The notes under the pieces are model-generated. The model had not been told where the DNA came from. It did no database searches and worked only from the letters and a program-made list of their open reading frames with translations. A stretch of DNA of 64,000 nt, from the NCBI RefSeq assembly GCF_036321535.1, contig NC_087436.1, forward strand, positions 68,450,001 to 68,514,000, given 5' to 3'. This document shows positions 11,362-24,074 of this stretch, one piece after another (positions within the stretch are counted from its first letter, which is position 1; every line of letters begins with the position of its first letter). The stretch comes from Camelus dromedarius (Eukaryota). The translations under genes and the position numbers were made by a program.

Positions 11362-14114
11362 AATATACACTGGAGTCCAAGAGTGAAGAGCTCAAAACAC
11401 AGATTCAGTATTTTTCTAGATAGACATGATGGTTGAAGCCTGTAGGTGGATACCTCTTGGCTATAGTCTAGCCAACACAGGCCCCAGAGGCTCTAAGTCA
11501 CACAGAACCTATGATTTTAATGAGAATTTAAAAGTTAGAAATTGAAATAGTATTACTAATGATATAATTTCCTGTATTGTTAAGTTTATGATAGTTTACA
11601 TTATGATCTGTAACTAAAATTACATCTCTGGGCCCTTTACACGGATTTATTTTAAAACTAAAAACAAACACCCCTTACAATGTAATTGTAGTGAATATCA
11701 TAATTTTCAGCATAGAATCAAGTAGAGTAACAGGCAAAGAAATGTGTGACTTGAGACATACTGATCCTTACTATTTCCAGTATTTCCTGGGTTCATCTTT
11801 GCAAATTATTTCTCTGGAGTACATTCTCAGTCTTCTTCACAAGATGTCCACTGTCATAAACTTTTTGAACGTTTTCATTTTGACAACCTGTCTTACCTTC
11901 ACTTGATTGTGTGGCTGGGTATAGAATCTAAGTTCAAAATTCCTTTTATTTCAGACTTGGAAAGAATTTCCTTTGTCTTACTCTGCCTAGTATTGCTGCT
12001 GAGCTGTCTGAAGCTGACTCTTGTTCCTTTGTAAGGATCTTTTTCTATTTCTCTCTGAAGCCTTTTAGGATTTCCTTTTTATCCTTAAGAGTTCAGAATG
12101 TGCTATCAAAATATTTCTAGATATATCTTTAAAAATTTTTTCTTCTGAAGACTCTTCAGCTCAAGAAAATTGTCTTTTGTTGTTTCTTCTCTCCTTTCCA
12201 CTCTGTTCCTTTCTTATGAAATTTCTATTAATGCTGTACCTACTGAATCGATCTACTATATCTCTTATCTATCATCGTTCTCATTCTTTTTATTATTTCT
12301 TTCAGATTGCCAACTTCTTTCCAACCATGTCCTTTCTAGTATTTATCACATCTACTGCATGTTTAAACTTCTATTAACTGTCTAATCCCCTCATTGCTTC
12401 TTTTTTTTTTCCACCAATAGCCATGCTTGTTTTATGGATCTAATTTCTTCTTCCATACTTCTTTAGACATTAACTAGAATTTTTCTTTTCTTTTTTTTTT
12501 TTTTTTTTTTTTACTTTTTTTACATTTTCTTTTCTTATCTGAATTGCTTCTGTCTCTTCCAGGGTGGTTGTGTCAGTTTATTTTCATCTGTCTTTTTTCA
12601 GGCTGTATTTTTTTCCTACTTGTATGGGTTTGCAGTTTGGTTGTACTGTTTTCCTAAAAATCCTTTCATTTGAAGAGGAGGATGGGCTTCACGGAAGGGC
12701 ATGGCACTTGTCAATAGGCAGGCTTCTCCGTAGGGTTTATATCCTGGGAACCAGCCAACAGCCAGACAGGGCTGCCATTTGACAAAATAAGGACATAAAG
12801 TATTTTATAACCATGCCTATCCTTTTAACTTTCCTCTGCATCTATTTTTGAGGACCTGAGCTCTGTTTTACTTCTTTTTCAGGGTACAATACCCAAACTA
12901 TGCAAATAATTATAATAGAACAAACACCTAAAATTATACTTATCAAAGTATTGTTTTTACAAACCCCACTAATTGTAGTAAACTTCTGACACTTACGAAA
13001 GTTGGTTTTACTAAAAATTAGTTCTTTATTTTACCCACATTTGAATCATGTGAAACATTGCTTTGAAGACCTACCCTGTGCTAAGATGAAAGTTTATTCT
13101 ATCAAATTTCTGTGCTACGATTTTAGGAACTTGCCAGAGGAAGAAAATAAAATGCTCAATTAAAAGCCTAGTAAGGTATCTTATACTACATAAATCCTCC
13201 ATACAAATAGCACCAGTGATTTGTAACCTGCATTTACTGCTTCCATGACAGAATTTCTTGAGGCAAATAAAAGTCTTACATCAGGATTTTACCTGAAAAC
13301 TGATCTTCCATTTGGTAGCAATCCAATACGAATGAAAGCTCAGTTTTGTATCCTAACATTGTCCTATTATTTGCCCTGAGTCCCTAACTCTAACTCTGAT
13401 GTATTTTATGCACCAATCTGGAGAGAGTTCCTGCTTCTTGAATGCTGAGGGGAAAAAAAAAAAAACTATTGTTATGTTGTGTCCTATTTACAAGAGTCCA
13501 CTGGAGGAAAACTATGGCAACAGTCATTTAAGGAAACTGGCATTATTTTCTTTTCGTGTATGTTCTACATGTTATGGCTTGATTATAGATTAATCAGGAT
13601 GCCTCCAAGATAACTACCTATGAGTTCCAGAAGGAATATCAAAATAATATGAAGTCTGGAAAGACTGAAGTAGTAAGAGTGTGCATCTTCACCTATCATT
13701 AACTTGGCAAAGAAACATAAAAAGATTTGGTAGAAATGAGTTTGCTGACTTCATATGCCAACTACTAATATTGTTATATAGTGATTTTTTACTTATTAAA
13801 CTTTTTAATATAAACCAAGAACTCTGACATATTATGTTGAGACCCACTGTCCTAATAAATCCTTTAAAAAGGAAAACAGAGTAGTATTTCCTTAATGCTG
13901 TATATATGAATATTTATCTTAAATCAGTATCTTCCTTAACAATGAAAAACTAGAAACATTACTTTTAAAACTTTAAAAACCTTTGTTCTGATAATTCTGG
14001 CCAAAGCATTAAAATATAAAACCTAAATAAATATATAACTCTTATAAAAGAGAAAAAATACAGACATGCACACAAATAAATTCACGTGTGTGTGCATGTG
14101 TGTGTGTATAAATG

Positions 14115-14847
14115 TATATATTTAAGGTGTACAACATGATGTTTCGATATACTTAGTGAAATGATTGCTGCAGTCAAGTTAATTAGCATATCCATCTCCT
14201 CAGTTTCCCATGTGTGTGTGTCTGTTGTATGTGGGGAGAGCACCTGCAATCTGCTCTTAGCAAATTTCCAGTATACAACAGAGTATTAACTATAGTCATC
14301 ATGTAGTGCATTAGATCTCTAGAACATATTCATCCTACATAACTACAACTTTCTACACTTTGAACACCCATCTCCCCACTTCCTCTGCCCTGATAACCGC
14401 TGCTCTATTCACTGCTACTATGAATTTGACATTTTTACATTTCACATATACATGAGATCACTTTCCAAAGAAGACATACAAAGTGCCAACAGGTTTATGA
14501 AAAGATGCTCAATATCACTAATCATCAGGGAAATGCAAATCAAAACCACAATGACAATTATCACCTCAAATCTGTCAAGAAGGCTAGTATCAAAGTGGTG
14601 AAAGGTAACAAGTGTTAGTGACGATGTGAAGAAATGGGAACACTTTTACACTGTTGGTGGAAGTGTAGAGTGTTACACCCTTTATGGAAAACAGTATGGA
14701 GATTCTCCCCCAAAATAAAAACAGAACTACCCTAAAATTCAGTAATCCCTCTTCTGGATATATACCCAAAGTAAATGAAATCGGAACCTAGGAGAGATAC
14801 CTGCACTCACATGTTAATTATACCATTATTCACAATAGCCAAGATAA
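14115..14847 (-). mobile_element. Old L1 3' end with inverted ORF2 segment
   Basis: 14115-14460 is L1 3' UTR on the minus strand; 14461-14847 is ORF2 C-terminal sequence on the plus strand (ttccaaagaagacatacaa...ttattcacaatagccaaga). Confidence 0.75.
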
Positions 14848-16096
14848 GGAAAAATTCTTGAAGGAAATTAAAAGTGCTACTCTAGTGAACACATAGATAA
14901 GAAAGCAAAACAGGCTTAGTGTTCTGGATAAAAGATCAAATCAGCCACAGCATTCCCTTATGACAAAGCCTAATCCAGAGCAAGGCTCTAACTCTCTTCA
15001 ATTCTATGAAGGCTGAGAGAGGTAAGGAAGCTGCAGAAGAGAAGTCTGAAGCCAGCAGAGGTTGACTCGTGAGGTTTAAGATTAGAAATCAGTTCCATAA
15101 CATAAAAGTCCAAGGTGAAGCAGCAAGTGCTGATGTAGAAGCTGCAGCAAGTTACCCAGATCTGGCTAAGATAATTCATGAAGGTGTCTACACTAAACAG
15201 ATTTTCAATGTAAACACAAGGAAAGGAAATCTGATTTTCAATGGAAAGGATTCAACATTCTAGATGCCATGAAGAACATTCAGGATTCATGGGAAGAGGT
15301 CAAAATATCAACATGAACACAGGAGTTTGAAAGAAGTTGATTACAACCCTCATGGATGACTTTGGGGGGTTCAAGACCTCAGCAGAAGAAGGAATTGCAG
15401 ATGTGGTGGAAATAGCAAGAGAATTAGAATCAGTAGAGTCTGAAAATATTACTGAATTACTGAAATCTCCTAGTAAAATTTCAATAGATTAGGAATTGCT
15501 TCTTAAGGATGAGCAAAGAAAATGGCTTCTTGAGATGAAGATGCTGTAAAGACTGCTGAATGGCAACAAAGGATTTAGAATATTACAAAAACTTAGTTGA
15601 TAAAGCAGCAGCAGGGTTTGAGAGGACTGACTCCAATTTGGAAGAGTTCTACAGTGTAGGTAAAATGCTATCACAGAGCACTGCATGCTACAGAGAAATC
15701 ATTTGTAAAAGGAAGAAGCAACAGATGCAGCAATCAATCATTATTGTCTTATTTTTAAAAACTGCCACAGGCACCCCAACCTTCAGCAATCACCATCCTG
15801 ATTGGTCAGCAGCCATCAATATAAAGGCAAGACCCTCCACCACCAAAAAGATTATGACTCACCGAAGGTATTGACTATGGTTAACATTTTTCAGCAATAA
15901 AGTATTTTTTAAATTAAAGTATGTGCATTAAATTTTAACATAAAGCTACTGCCCACCTAAGAGATGACAGTATAGTATAAACATAACTTTTATACACACT
16001 GGAAAACCAAAAACTTCATGTGACTTGCTTTATTGCAATTTTCTCTTTATTGTGATGGTCTGGAATCAAACCCACAGTATCTCCAAGGTGCACCTG
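14848..16096 (+). mobile_element. Tigger1 DNA transposon remnant (left end missing, internal deletion)
   Basis: Transposase-like residues [21 protein letters not shown] and DLEYYKNLVDKAAAGFER; right terminus ggtctggaatcaaacccacagtatctccaaggtgcacctg. Confidence 0.9.
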
Positions 16097-16223
16097 CATA
16101 TCACTGGGAGCAGTGATTTTGGTATTCCTGTCATGTTATTAAAACACTATGAATGTGGACATTACCTCAGGTTATGTGCATATTCATGAAAAAATTAGAA
16201 GATACATATGGGAGTTTGAAATG

Positions 16224-16229
16224 TTTATT
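16224..16229 (-). terminator. CENPC: Probable CENPC polyadenylation signal AATAAA
   Basis: TTTATT on the plus strand, ~140 nt after the stop codon, following an AT-rich 3' UTR. Confidence 0.7.
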
Positions 16230-16369
16230 GAAACAAGTACACAAAACTGAATATTTTAAAACATTACAAATAATTACATATATAAACATCTCAACTGCAC
16301 AATGTGTTTTATATACATGTATGTATGTATATATTTATATACACATGTATTTAAACTCTGCTTCATCTT

Positions 16370-16440
16370 TCAACTTTTTATCTGAGTGAAAAGAAGAACA
16401 CTTTCCTCATTCAGGAGATTTCTGATGTTGTAATAATTAC
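16370..16440 (-). CDS. CENPC: CENP-C last coding exon (~exon 19), end of cupin domain
   Basis: ttttctag|GT AAT... encodes (G)NYYNIRNLLNEESVLLFTQIKS*, TGA at 16370-16372. Confidence 0.96.
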
Positions 16441-16744
16441 CTAGAAAAAAAGTGATAAGAAAGTTAGAACTTATTTCCATAGGAATCATTTCCTTTTGAA
16501 TAAATATGTAGTCAGCACTAAGGCAGTTATAGTATATAGTGTCAAATTTTTAAAAAATCATCTAATCTAAAATAAATCTATTTAATTCTATGAACTGAAA
16601 AATACAAGAGTTAACCACCACCTGTGATCCAGATAAGGCTTGAAAGAATGTAAATTTCACATCATTCTTAAAATGAATGCAAAAACAAATTAGATAAGGG
16701 TACAGGAAGGAAGAAAATCTTCTCTGAACCCAATTGTGTTTTTT

Positions 16745-17108
16745 TGGTTTTTTAATTTAAATATAGTTGATTTACAATGTTTAGTATTAGTTTCAGATAT
16801 ACAACAGCGATTTGATATTTTTATAGATTATACCCCATTTAAAGTTATTATAAAATATTGCCTATACTTCCTGTGCTGTACATTACAAACTTGTATCTTA
16901 TTTATTTTATACCTAGTAGTCTGTACCTCTTAATCCTCTATCTCTGTCTTGCCCCTTCTCCCTTCCCCTCTCTCCACTGGTAACCACTAGTTTGCTCTTC
17001 GTATCTGTGAGTCTGTTTCTGTTTTGTTATTTTCACTTGTTTATTTCATTTTTCAGATTCCACATATAAGTGAAAACATACAGTATCTGACTTTCTCTGT
17101 CTGACTTT
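16745..17108 (-). mobile_element. L1 3'-end fragment in the last intron
   Basis: atatagttgatttacaatg...ggtaaccactagtttg...agattccacatataagtga. Confidence 0.8.
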
Positions 17109-17965
17109 CTGAACCTGTTATTATGTCTTTGGAATGGCTATGGATTCCCCTACACCAGACACAGATAATATATAGATAAGTATAAAAGATAAAATGTTAA
17201 GTAAAATAAAACCTGAAAGTTAAACAGAGGCAAATGCTACTCTTAAATAAATTGAGTAATAAATAACAGCAAAAGTGAAATACAGATGGACAGCCTCACT
17301 TAAAGGCAAGTTTACAGTACTGATTTTCTATATATTAGAAATTAATACATATTAGAATTAACTGAGTTAATAAATGTAAAGTGTTCACAACAGTGTTGGC
17401 ACATACAAAGGACTATATAAACATAGGTATTATTATTGTCTCCTTTAAGAATGTAAGCTCCATGAGGGTAGGGAGTTTTGCCTGTTTGTCCACTTAGGTA
17501 TCCCACACCCTTAAACAATGCTTGAAGACACTCAATCACATTTGTTGAATGAATGAGTGAACAAATGAACAAATTAAAATTGCTATTTCCAAAGACTTAT
17601 GCTCGTCAATAGCTGATGAAGCACACTATTCCGTATGTTTAAAATTACCTACTAAAAATTGTCTGACCACTTAATGTCTTTGAGAGAACACAGGGGAAAT
17701 AATTTTCCTTCTACCCTGAAAACAACGTACCTCCTAACTAAATATTTTTATACATAGCAATTAGTATACTCAGTCAATTTTCATGTATCAAAACCCTGAT
17801 ATACTTATCTATTGCTAAAATTAAAAGAAAACACGCACCAAACTTCTTTGGCAAAAGTCATATCATGCTTCTTTTTGACTACTGTGGCTTCCATTTTCAT
17901 GATGCTCATGAGCTACTATATAAATATTTAACTATGCAAAAGAAAATGTTTTCAATTATTCTTAC

Positions 17966-18056
17966 CTGAAGGAACATAGAATGAATCCCCAGTTGTTATT
18001 ATATAAGGTGTTTCATGTAAGGTACATAAAAGGTCACCAAAATTAACATAAAAAAC
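17966..18056 (-). CDS. CENPC: CENP-C exon (~18), cupin domain
   Basis: ttttacag|GTT..., VFYVNFGDLLCTLHETPYIITTGDSFYVPS, G|gtaaga. Confidence 0.96.
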
Positions 18057-18129
18057 CTGTAAAATTAAAAATTAAGTCTCATTTCAAATTGTAACACCAC
18101 AAGTACACTCCAAAGAAACTTAAAGTAAA

Positions 18130-18698
18130 TGTGGTAGGCAGACTAACAGACCTCCAAAGATGGCCACGCTCTCATCTCTAGGATCTGTTATGTTACATGG
18201 CAAAGGAGACCTTGAGATGGTGCAATTATCCTGGATTATCTAATCACATGAGCCTTACTTGAAAGTAAGAAATTTCTCCTGCTGGAAGTAGAGGAGAGAT
18301 GAAGCAGAGGAGAAGTCAGAGAAATATGAAGCATGAGAAGGACTTTCACTGTTGCTAGTGCTATAGATAAGAGAGGCATGAGCCAAGGAGTGTAGGCTAT
18401 TTCTAGAAGCTGAGAAGGACACCCTGGCCAACAGCCAGTGAACAAATAGGAACCTCAGTCCTACAGCCACATGAAACTGAATTCTGCCAACAACCTGAAT
18501 GAATTTGAAAGCAGATTTATTCTAAGAGCCTTCAGAGAGGAATGCAGATCTCCCAACATCTTGATTCCAGTCTTGTGACACTAAACAGAGCACTCAGCCA
18601 AGCCCACTCAATTTTTAACCTACAAAACTGTGAGATAATAAGTGAGTGTTGTTTAAGTTTGTGGTAATTTGTTACAGAAGTAACAGAAAACAAATACA
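18130..18698 (+). mobile_element. MaLR LTR (MLT1D-type)
   Basis: tgtggtaggcagactaa...tgttacatggcaaaggagac...gtaatttgttacagaagtaacagaaaacaaataca. Confidence 0.8.
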
Positions 18699-20007
18699 GG
18701 AAGAAATTTCTTTTGCTCTTCCTTTTTATTTACTAGTTTATGAAAATTCAGAACAACCACTGTAATATCACTTAGATATACTAGAAAAATAGCTAAGTTT
18801 TATGTGCACCTCTTTAAAGGTTACATGCTTGGGACACGCAACTTAATCGGACAAATCAAAGAATAAAAAGAAAAAAAAATTATACATTTAAACAAGAATC
18901 AACATTAAGAAAATAAAAAAGGATAATGTAGCACTCAGTCATACAGGCTTCCGTATTCAAACATGGCAAATTTTTACATTTTATACATAGATAGCATCTG
19001 GCAATGACCTGTTTTTTAGACAACTAAATACAAAATGTAGGGCCTTTCAAACTTTGAGATTCAAATTTTGAGATTCAGCCATGAAGAATATTTTGCCTCA
19101 GAGGATTATGCCTCCTCCTCCTTTCTCTTTTCTTACTACTATTAAAAAAATATGAACCTAAAATACCAGAAAAACAAGAGCAACAAGCACTTAGGATCTA
19201 GCACTTATTCCATGCCAGCCACTGTTCTAAGCACTTCCTTTTACTCATTCAATGTATGCATCTACCAATGAGATAGATACTATTTTAAAAGCTTTTCACA
19301 GATGAAGAGAATGACGTACAGAGGGGTGTAACTTTCCAAGGTGACAGTGTAAATGGAAGAGCTAGGATTTGAACTCAGGCATTTGATTCCAGAATCCATG
19401 TTCTTAGCCCCTACAATATACCCCGTAAATGGAAAAAGTTCATAAAGTGTTTCTAAAGGTCCTCTTATAACTTAATAAAATAAGTATTTTTTTATTATAG
19501 CCAAAAAGTTTTGCCTGAAAAAATAGAAAAAGGTAATACACACACTACCCAGAAAGTCAAGCATATATATTTCTAGGCGTTTTTTCATTATCTATTCAGT
19601 TTGGCGCTTCTAGGCATACCTGTTTCTGCAAACATTTTACTAAGAATGCTTTTGAAATACACAAAAATAGAATGATTAACTCCCATGAATAAATATCAAA
19701 CCCCAATAACCTGCTTTATTCAGAGTCTGTTTTCCCCATGCCATATTAGTTGGAAGTGAATGCCTAGCATCATAAATCACCTATAAATATTTCAATGTGT
19801 GCTAAAAGAGCAAAGTCCTTTTTAAAAACATGACCACAACACTGTTATCACACCTAAAAATAAATGGATGTATACTATCAAATGCCGACTCAGTATTCTA
19901 ATTTCCAATTATCTTTTAAATATCATATTTTTAAGGATTTGAATCAAGATCCAAATAAGAGGCACACATGGTCACTACTTGATCTACCTTTTAAATCACT
20001 CAATCTA

Positions 20008-20222
20008 TAATGGTTCTCACTTTGGGGGCGATTTTGCTCCTCAGGGGACAATTGGCAATGGCTGGGGACATTTTTAATTCTCGTAACTAAAGGGATACTA
20101 CTGGAAGTTAGTGGGTAGAGGTCAGGGATGCTTCTAAACATCTCAGAATGCACAGGACAGTCTCCCTACAACAAAGAATTGTCCAGTCCAAAATATCAGT
20201 AGTGCCATGGTTGAGAACCCTG
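20008..20222 (+). mobile_element. MER20 (hAT-Charlie MITE)
   Basis: tggttctcactttgggggcgattttgc...gtgggtagaggtcagggatgct...ggttgagaaccctg, ~215 bp. Confidence 0.88.
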
Positions 20223-20368
20223 ATCTATACATTCCACCTGATTCTCTCTTTTTAATTCCTTGCAGTTTATTTATTAAAGAAATCAAGAAACAAAATTTGT
20301 TTTAAAAATCTTTACACAGCTGGATTTTGCTGATTATAACCCCAGGGTGTCATTTGAAAAGTCTGCTA

Positions 20369-20690
20369 TTTTTTTTTAATCATTTTTCAGTTTTATTAGC
20401 TAAAATGATACAATTTGACTGCACATATACAATGTATTGCATGTAAATACATATATACAATATATTGCACATATTTTTAAATTTACATACATGTACTGTT
20501 CATTACTTCTAAGAACAGTTTAGAGCCTTAGCTTTTTAAACTTGCATAGTTATCAAAGGAATAAAGCCAATCACAAAATAAGAATCAACAGAATGCAGTA
20601 ATCCAATCACAAAGGACAGTCAAATGTGCTTACACATTTTCAAGAAATCAGTCATTTAAGTTATAAATCATAAGTAGTTCATTTGTGTCC
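20369..20690 (-). pseudogene. Retroposed 3'-UTR-like fragment, source unidentified
   Basis: T-run at 20369-20377 and TTTATT at 20392-20397 (AATAAA then poly(A) on the minus strand); the segment interrupts the colinear L1MC sequence. Confidence 0.45.
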
Positions 20691-22241
20691 TTTTTTTTAA
20701 GATTCCGGTATTCTTTATTTCCTATGAATTGGTAGTTCTAAGGACTATATCAAATTCAGGTGGTGGTGTGTGTGAGGTGTTTTTTTTATTGTTGTTGTTT
20801 TTTAAGAGGTAGGGGAGGCAAGATTACTTCATAGACAGTGTTGTATACTTCCATTTGAAGGCACATAATTTCTGGTCATACACTTTTTAGATGTTAGCAG
20901 ACACTGATCATAGATCCAATAATTTATCAGGTGTTGTAAACAGAAATATTAATTGGAATAGAAATATTCTAATTAATAAATGAAGAAGGAATGTTAAAAT
21001 GGAATATTACCAAGAAGGATAAAATTCCCCTCATTTATCATTTGGTTACCTAATAGTACAGTTTATTTGAGAACAGCAGAATAAGTGTTTAATTATTTCC
21101 CTTTATTTACCATATTTGTTGTTAAGGGTTGGCTTCCTAGAATTCTTCAACAGTGTTGAATTAAGTTTTTCTTTTTGTAGTAGTCTTAGAAATTCACAGA
21201 TTTAGATATAATTGATGTATATCAATCCACTGAAGTTATTCTTATTGATACTCAAGTTTTCGCATCTTTGTCCAGGTAGTGTGTCTTCAAGTTCGATTCT
21301 GAGATCTTACGAGCCAATCTTAATGGTCTTTGACAGTTTGCTGTCAGGTATAATAAAATTTCAAGCTCAGCCCGGGCCTGAAATCAGACATCTCTCTAAG
21401 GAACTCTGGTTCCTTTAATGTGTTGCTGTCACTTTGTTTTTTAGTTCTGGAGCAATTATTGTCTGGAAATATTTTTTCAAGTATTTCTACCTTTTGGTCA
21501 TTTGGATTTTAACTCCTTCTGTTTTGGTTTTTGGTTTTTTTTTTTCTGTTCTTCGTATCACTAAACTTTCATATTTTCCATTTCTTGATATCCTTTTGTC
21601 TTCTAGTAGAGCTCCACAACCAACTCCCATGGTTAATTTGTTAATTCTTCTGTGCTACTTTCTCTCTTACTGATTATCTAGAACTGAGTGTGAAAGAGTT
21701 AATAGCCTATGCTGGTTCTCCATCTTGCTCTTTTTGTTTCTCAAGAGCATATATTTAAAAGTGTGCTTCATTTTTTAAAATGTAAAAATACTCCATTATT
21801 TTTTTTTAAACTTTAACTCTGATTTTCATTATGAAAAGTTAAAGGCAATATTTAGAAGAAATAAAAATCAAATATAATCATCTAGTAACATGTTATTTTC
21901 TGTAGTTCCTTCACATCTCTGTCATTTTCATTTTTAAATTCTAGTCAGAAAAAAATAAAAGAATTTTCTGTCTTGCAGTTTGCTTAAATGTTTATCCTAA
22001 AGGTGTTCCAGATGGCTATTCTTCAAAATAATATGCTTACATTAATATAAAAATGTTTAGTACAGTGCCTGGAACATCTAAGTGCTATATAACTGATTAT
22101 CATATAATGGTTTATTTATTACTAAGTCAAAATATAAATATAGCCATTTTCTTCCTGTAGCACATTTTCAGTCATTTCTAATGCTTGCAATTACTGTCAA
22201 TGTTACAATGAATAACTATGTATGTTCAGCTTCCCTAACTT

Positions 22242-22337
22242 CTTTTTTTAATGGAGAAACTGGGGATTGAATCCAGAACCTCATTCATTCTAAGTATGCG
22301 CTCTACCACTCAGCTATACTTGCCACCCTCCCACCCC
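22242..22337 (-). mobile_element. vic-1-like SINE with 15-bp TSD
   Basis: TSD cagcttccctaactt at 22227-22241 and 22338-22352; tRNA-like head on the minus strand. Confidence 0.88.
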
Positions 22338-22625
22338 CAGCTTCCCTAACTTTTCATTTATTTTCCTAGGAAAAAATTATGAAATTATATTCATAAGTGA
22401 AAGTGTATAAACAATTTTCCAATAATTTCTACTGAGTAATTATAAAGGGTCCTTTATTTTTAACATGGATTTCTTTGAATATTAGACAGGTTAAACACTT
22501 TCAAACATTTACTATTCAATATTCTTTTTTTTTATAACAAAGGCATTACAGTTTAATGGGTAACTATTATTAGTTCAATGATGACATTTCATAATGCTTA
22601 TCTTCATTATTAATTGTTCCTTAAT

Positions 22626-22762
22626 TTTCTTTCTTTTTTTCATTTCGGAGGGGGAGGTAATTAGATTTATTTATTTATTTATAATGGAGGTACTGGGGAT
22701 AGAACCCAGGATCTCATGCATGCTAGGCATGCACTCTACCTCTAAACTATGCCCTCCTCCCC
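22626..22762 (-). mobile_element. vic-1-like SINE with 18-bp TSD
   Basis: TSD tattaattgttccttaat at 22608-22625 and 22763-22780. Confidence 0.9.
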
Positions 22763-23813
22763 TATTAATTGTTCCTTAATAATTACACAGGGATTATCTA
22801 TTACTTCAGTTAGTTAAATGTGTTATTCTTACTCTCTTAATAACACCTGGAGATCTATAACATTTTAAGATTGGATTAAAAAATATTTTAAAGTATTTTA
22901 AATCTGGATTCTATATACTATACTGATGTAGTAATAAATTACACTTTTACTCTCATATGTACATTTTCCTTTCCTTGCCTTGATTTGCCTTAATATAAAC
23001 TGAAGAGTCCTGATGCTCTTTTTGTTTCTCCTTTTTGAGCTTACTGTAACTGTCAGTAAAAAAAAAAGTGTTTTGAATGTTGTCCTCCAGTAACCCATGA
23101 TCCTGAAATGTTACTTATTTACTGAAAATGTTACTTACTGAAAAATGTACCTTAGATATATTTTTTAAATGCTGGTATAATATTAAATATTCTTAAAATC
23201 TGGTGATTCTTAAAATCTTTAATTTTCAATTTCAAGATGCAGAAATTGTCTGATATATATACAATGTTTCAGGGATGTGTGTCTCCAGTGAGAGACAGAG
23301 AGAGAGAGAGTGACTCACCTTGAGTCTTACTATAACTTCATCCAGTAATACTGCTATTTACAGTAATGTATTATTTAGTACTTACTGAAGCAACTCGCTC
23401 CCAGTCCTCAATCTGCTGCAAACTAGTTATATGACTTTGAAGTAGTCTTTTAACTTCTTTATTACTGAACTGCATGATTAGAGAAATGAGATTTCGACTT
23501 AATCTCAATAATCCCCTCCAGCTTTAAAATTATAATGATTTGTTTGCGAACCTAATTTCTAAGATTCTATTAAGTAAAGACCATTCCTTAAACTTCTGAA
23601 TCTCAAGGTTACACTGCTATGCACAAAACAAGTACTTTTAAAAAGCCTTTGGGTGACTGACTCTAAATAGATTTAACAAATAAGAAAATTATCTGTTCAC
23701 TATAGTAATAAAATATCATTTCTGAGGAAATAGCAACTTTAATGCCTCATCAATTCCAATAAATCAGAGTTGTACCAACAGCAAAACATAAATATATGGA
23801 GAAATACACTCAC

Positions 23814-23968
23814 CAATGTATCAAGGCCAACATGTTGCTTTCCCTTTTCTTGATGAGGTCCTAGTATCAATTTTCCAGTAGAAAAAAAGGGTGTATCCAA
23901 TGTTTTATATACTTTTAACTCACCATGTTCAACACAAAATTGATATGTATCTCGTGGCCTCACAAGAT
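23814..23968 (-). CDS. CENPC: CENP-C exon (~17), cupin domain
   Basis: cccttag|AT CTT..., (D)LVRPRDTYQFCVEHGELKVYKTLDTPFFSTGKLILGPHQEKGKQHVGLDTL|gtgagt. Confidence 0.96.
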
Positions 23969-24074
23969 CTAAGGGAAAAAAATTAACAAAAGTAACAGCA
24001 ATGATATTGCTCCATGATACAATATATATACACACGCATATAGTTATTTCTAGATATAAACCTGCCTTAGAAAG

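Larger units (their letters stand above)
19690..21420 (-). mobile_element. Old L1MC-type 3' region, interrupted by MER20 and a retroposed fragment
   Basis: gaatcaagatccaaataag, ctggattttgctgatt and ggcaagattacttcatag resemble the recalled L1MC4 3' sequence on both sides of the insertions. Confidence 0.55.

Noticed and set aside
15069..15874. Tigger ORFs as a domesticated TIGD/CENP-B-like gene
   Set aside because: Fragmented by frameshifts and stops, with the catalytic region deleted and the N-terminus missing.
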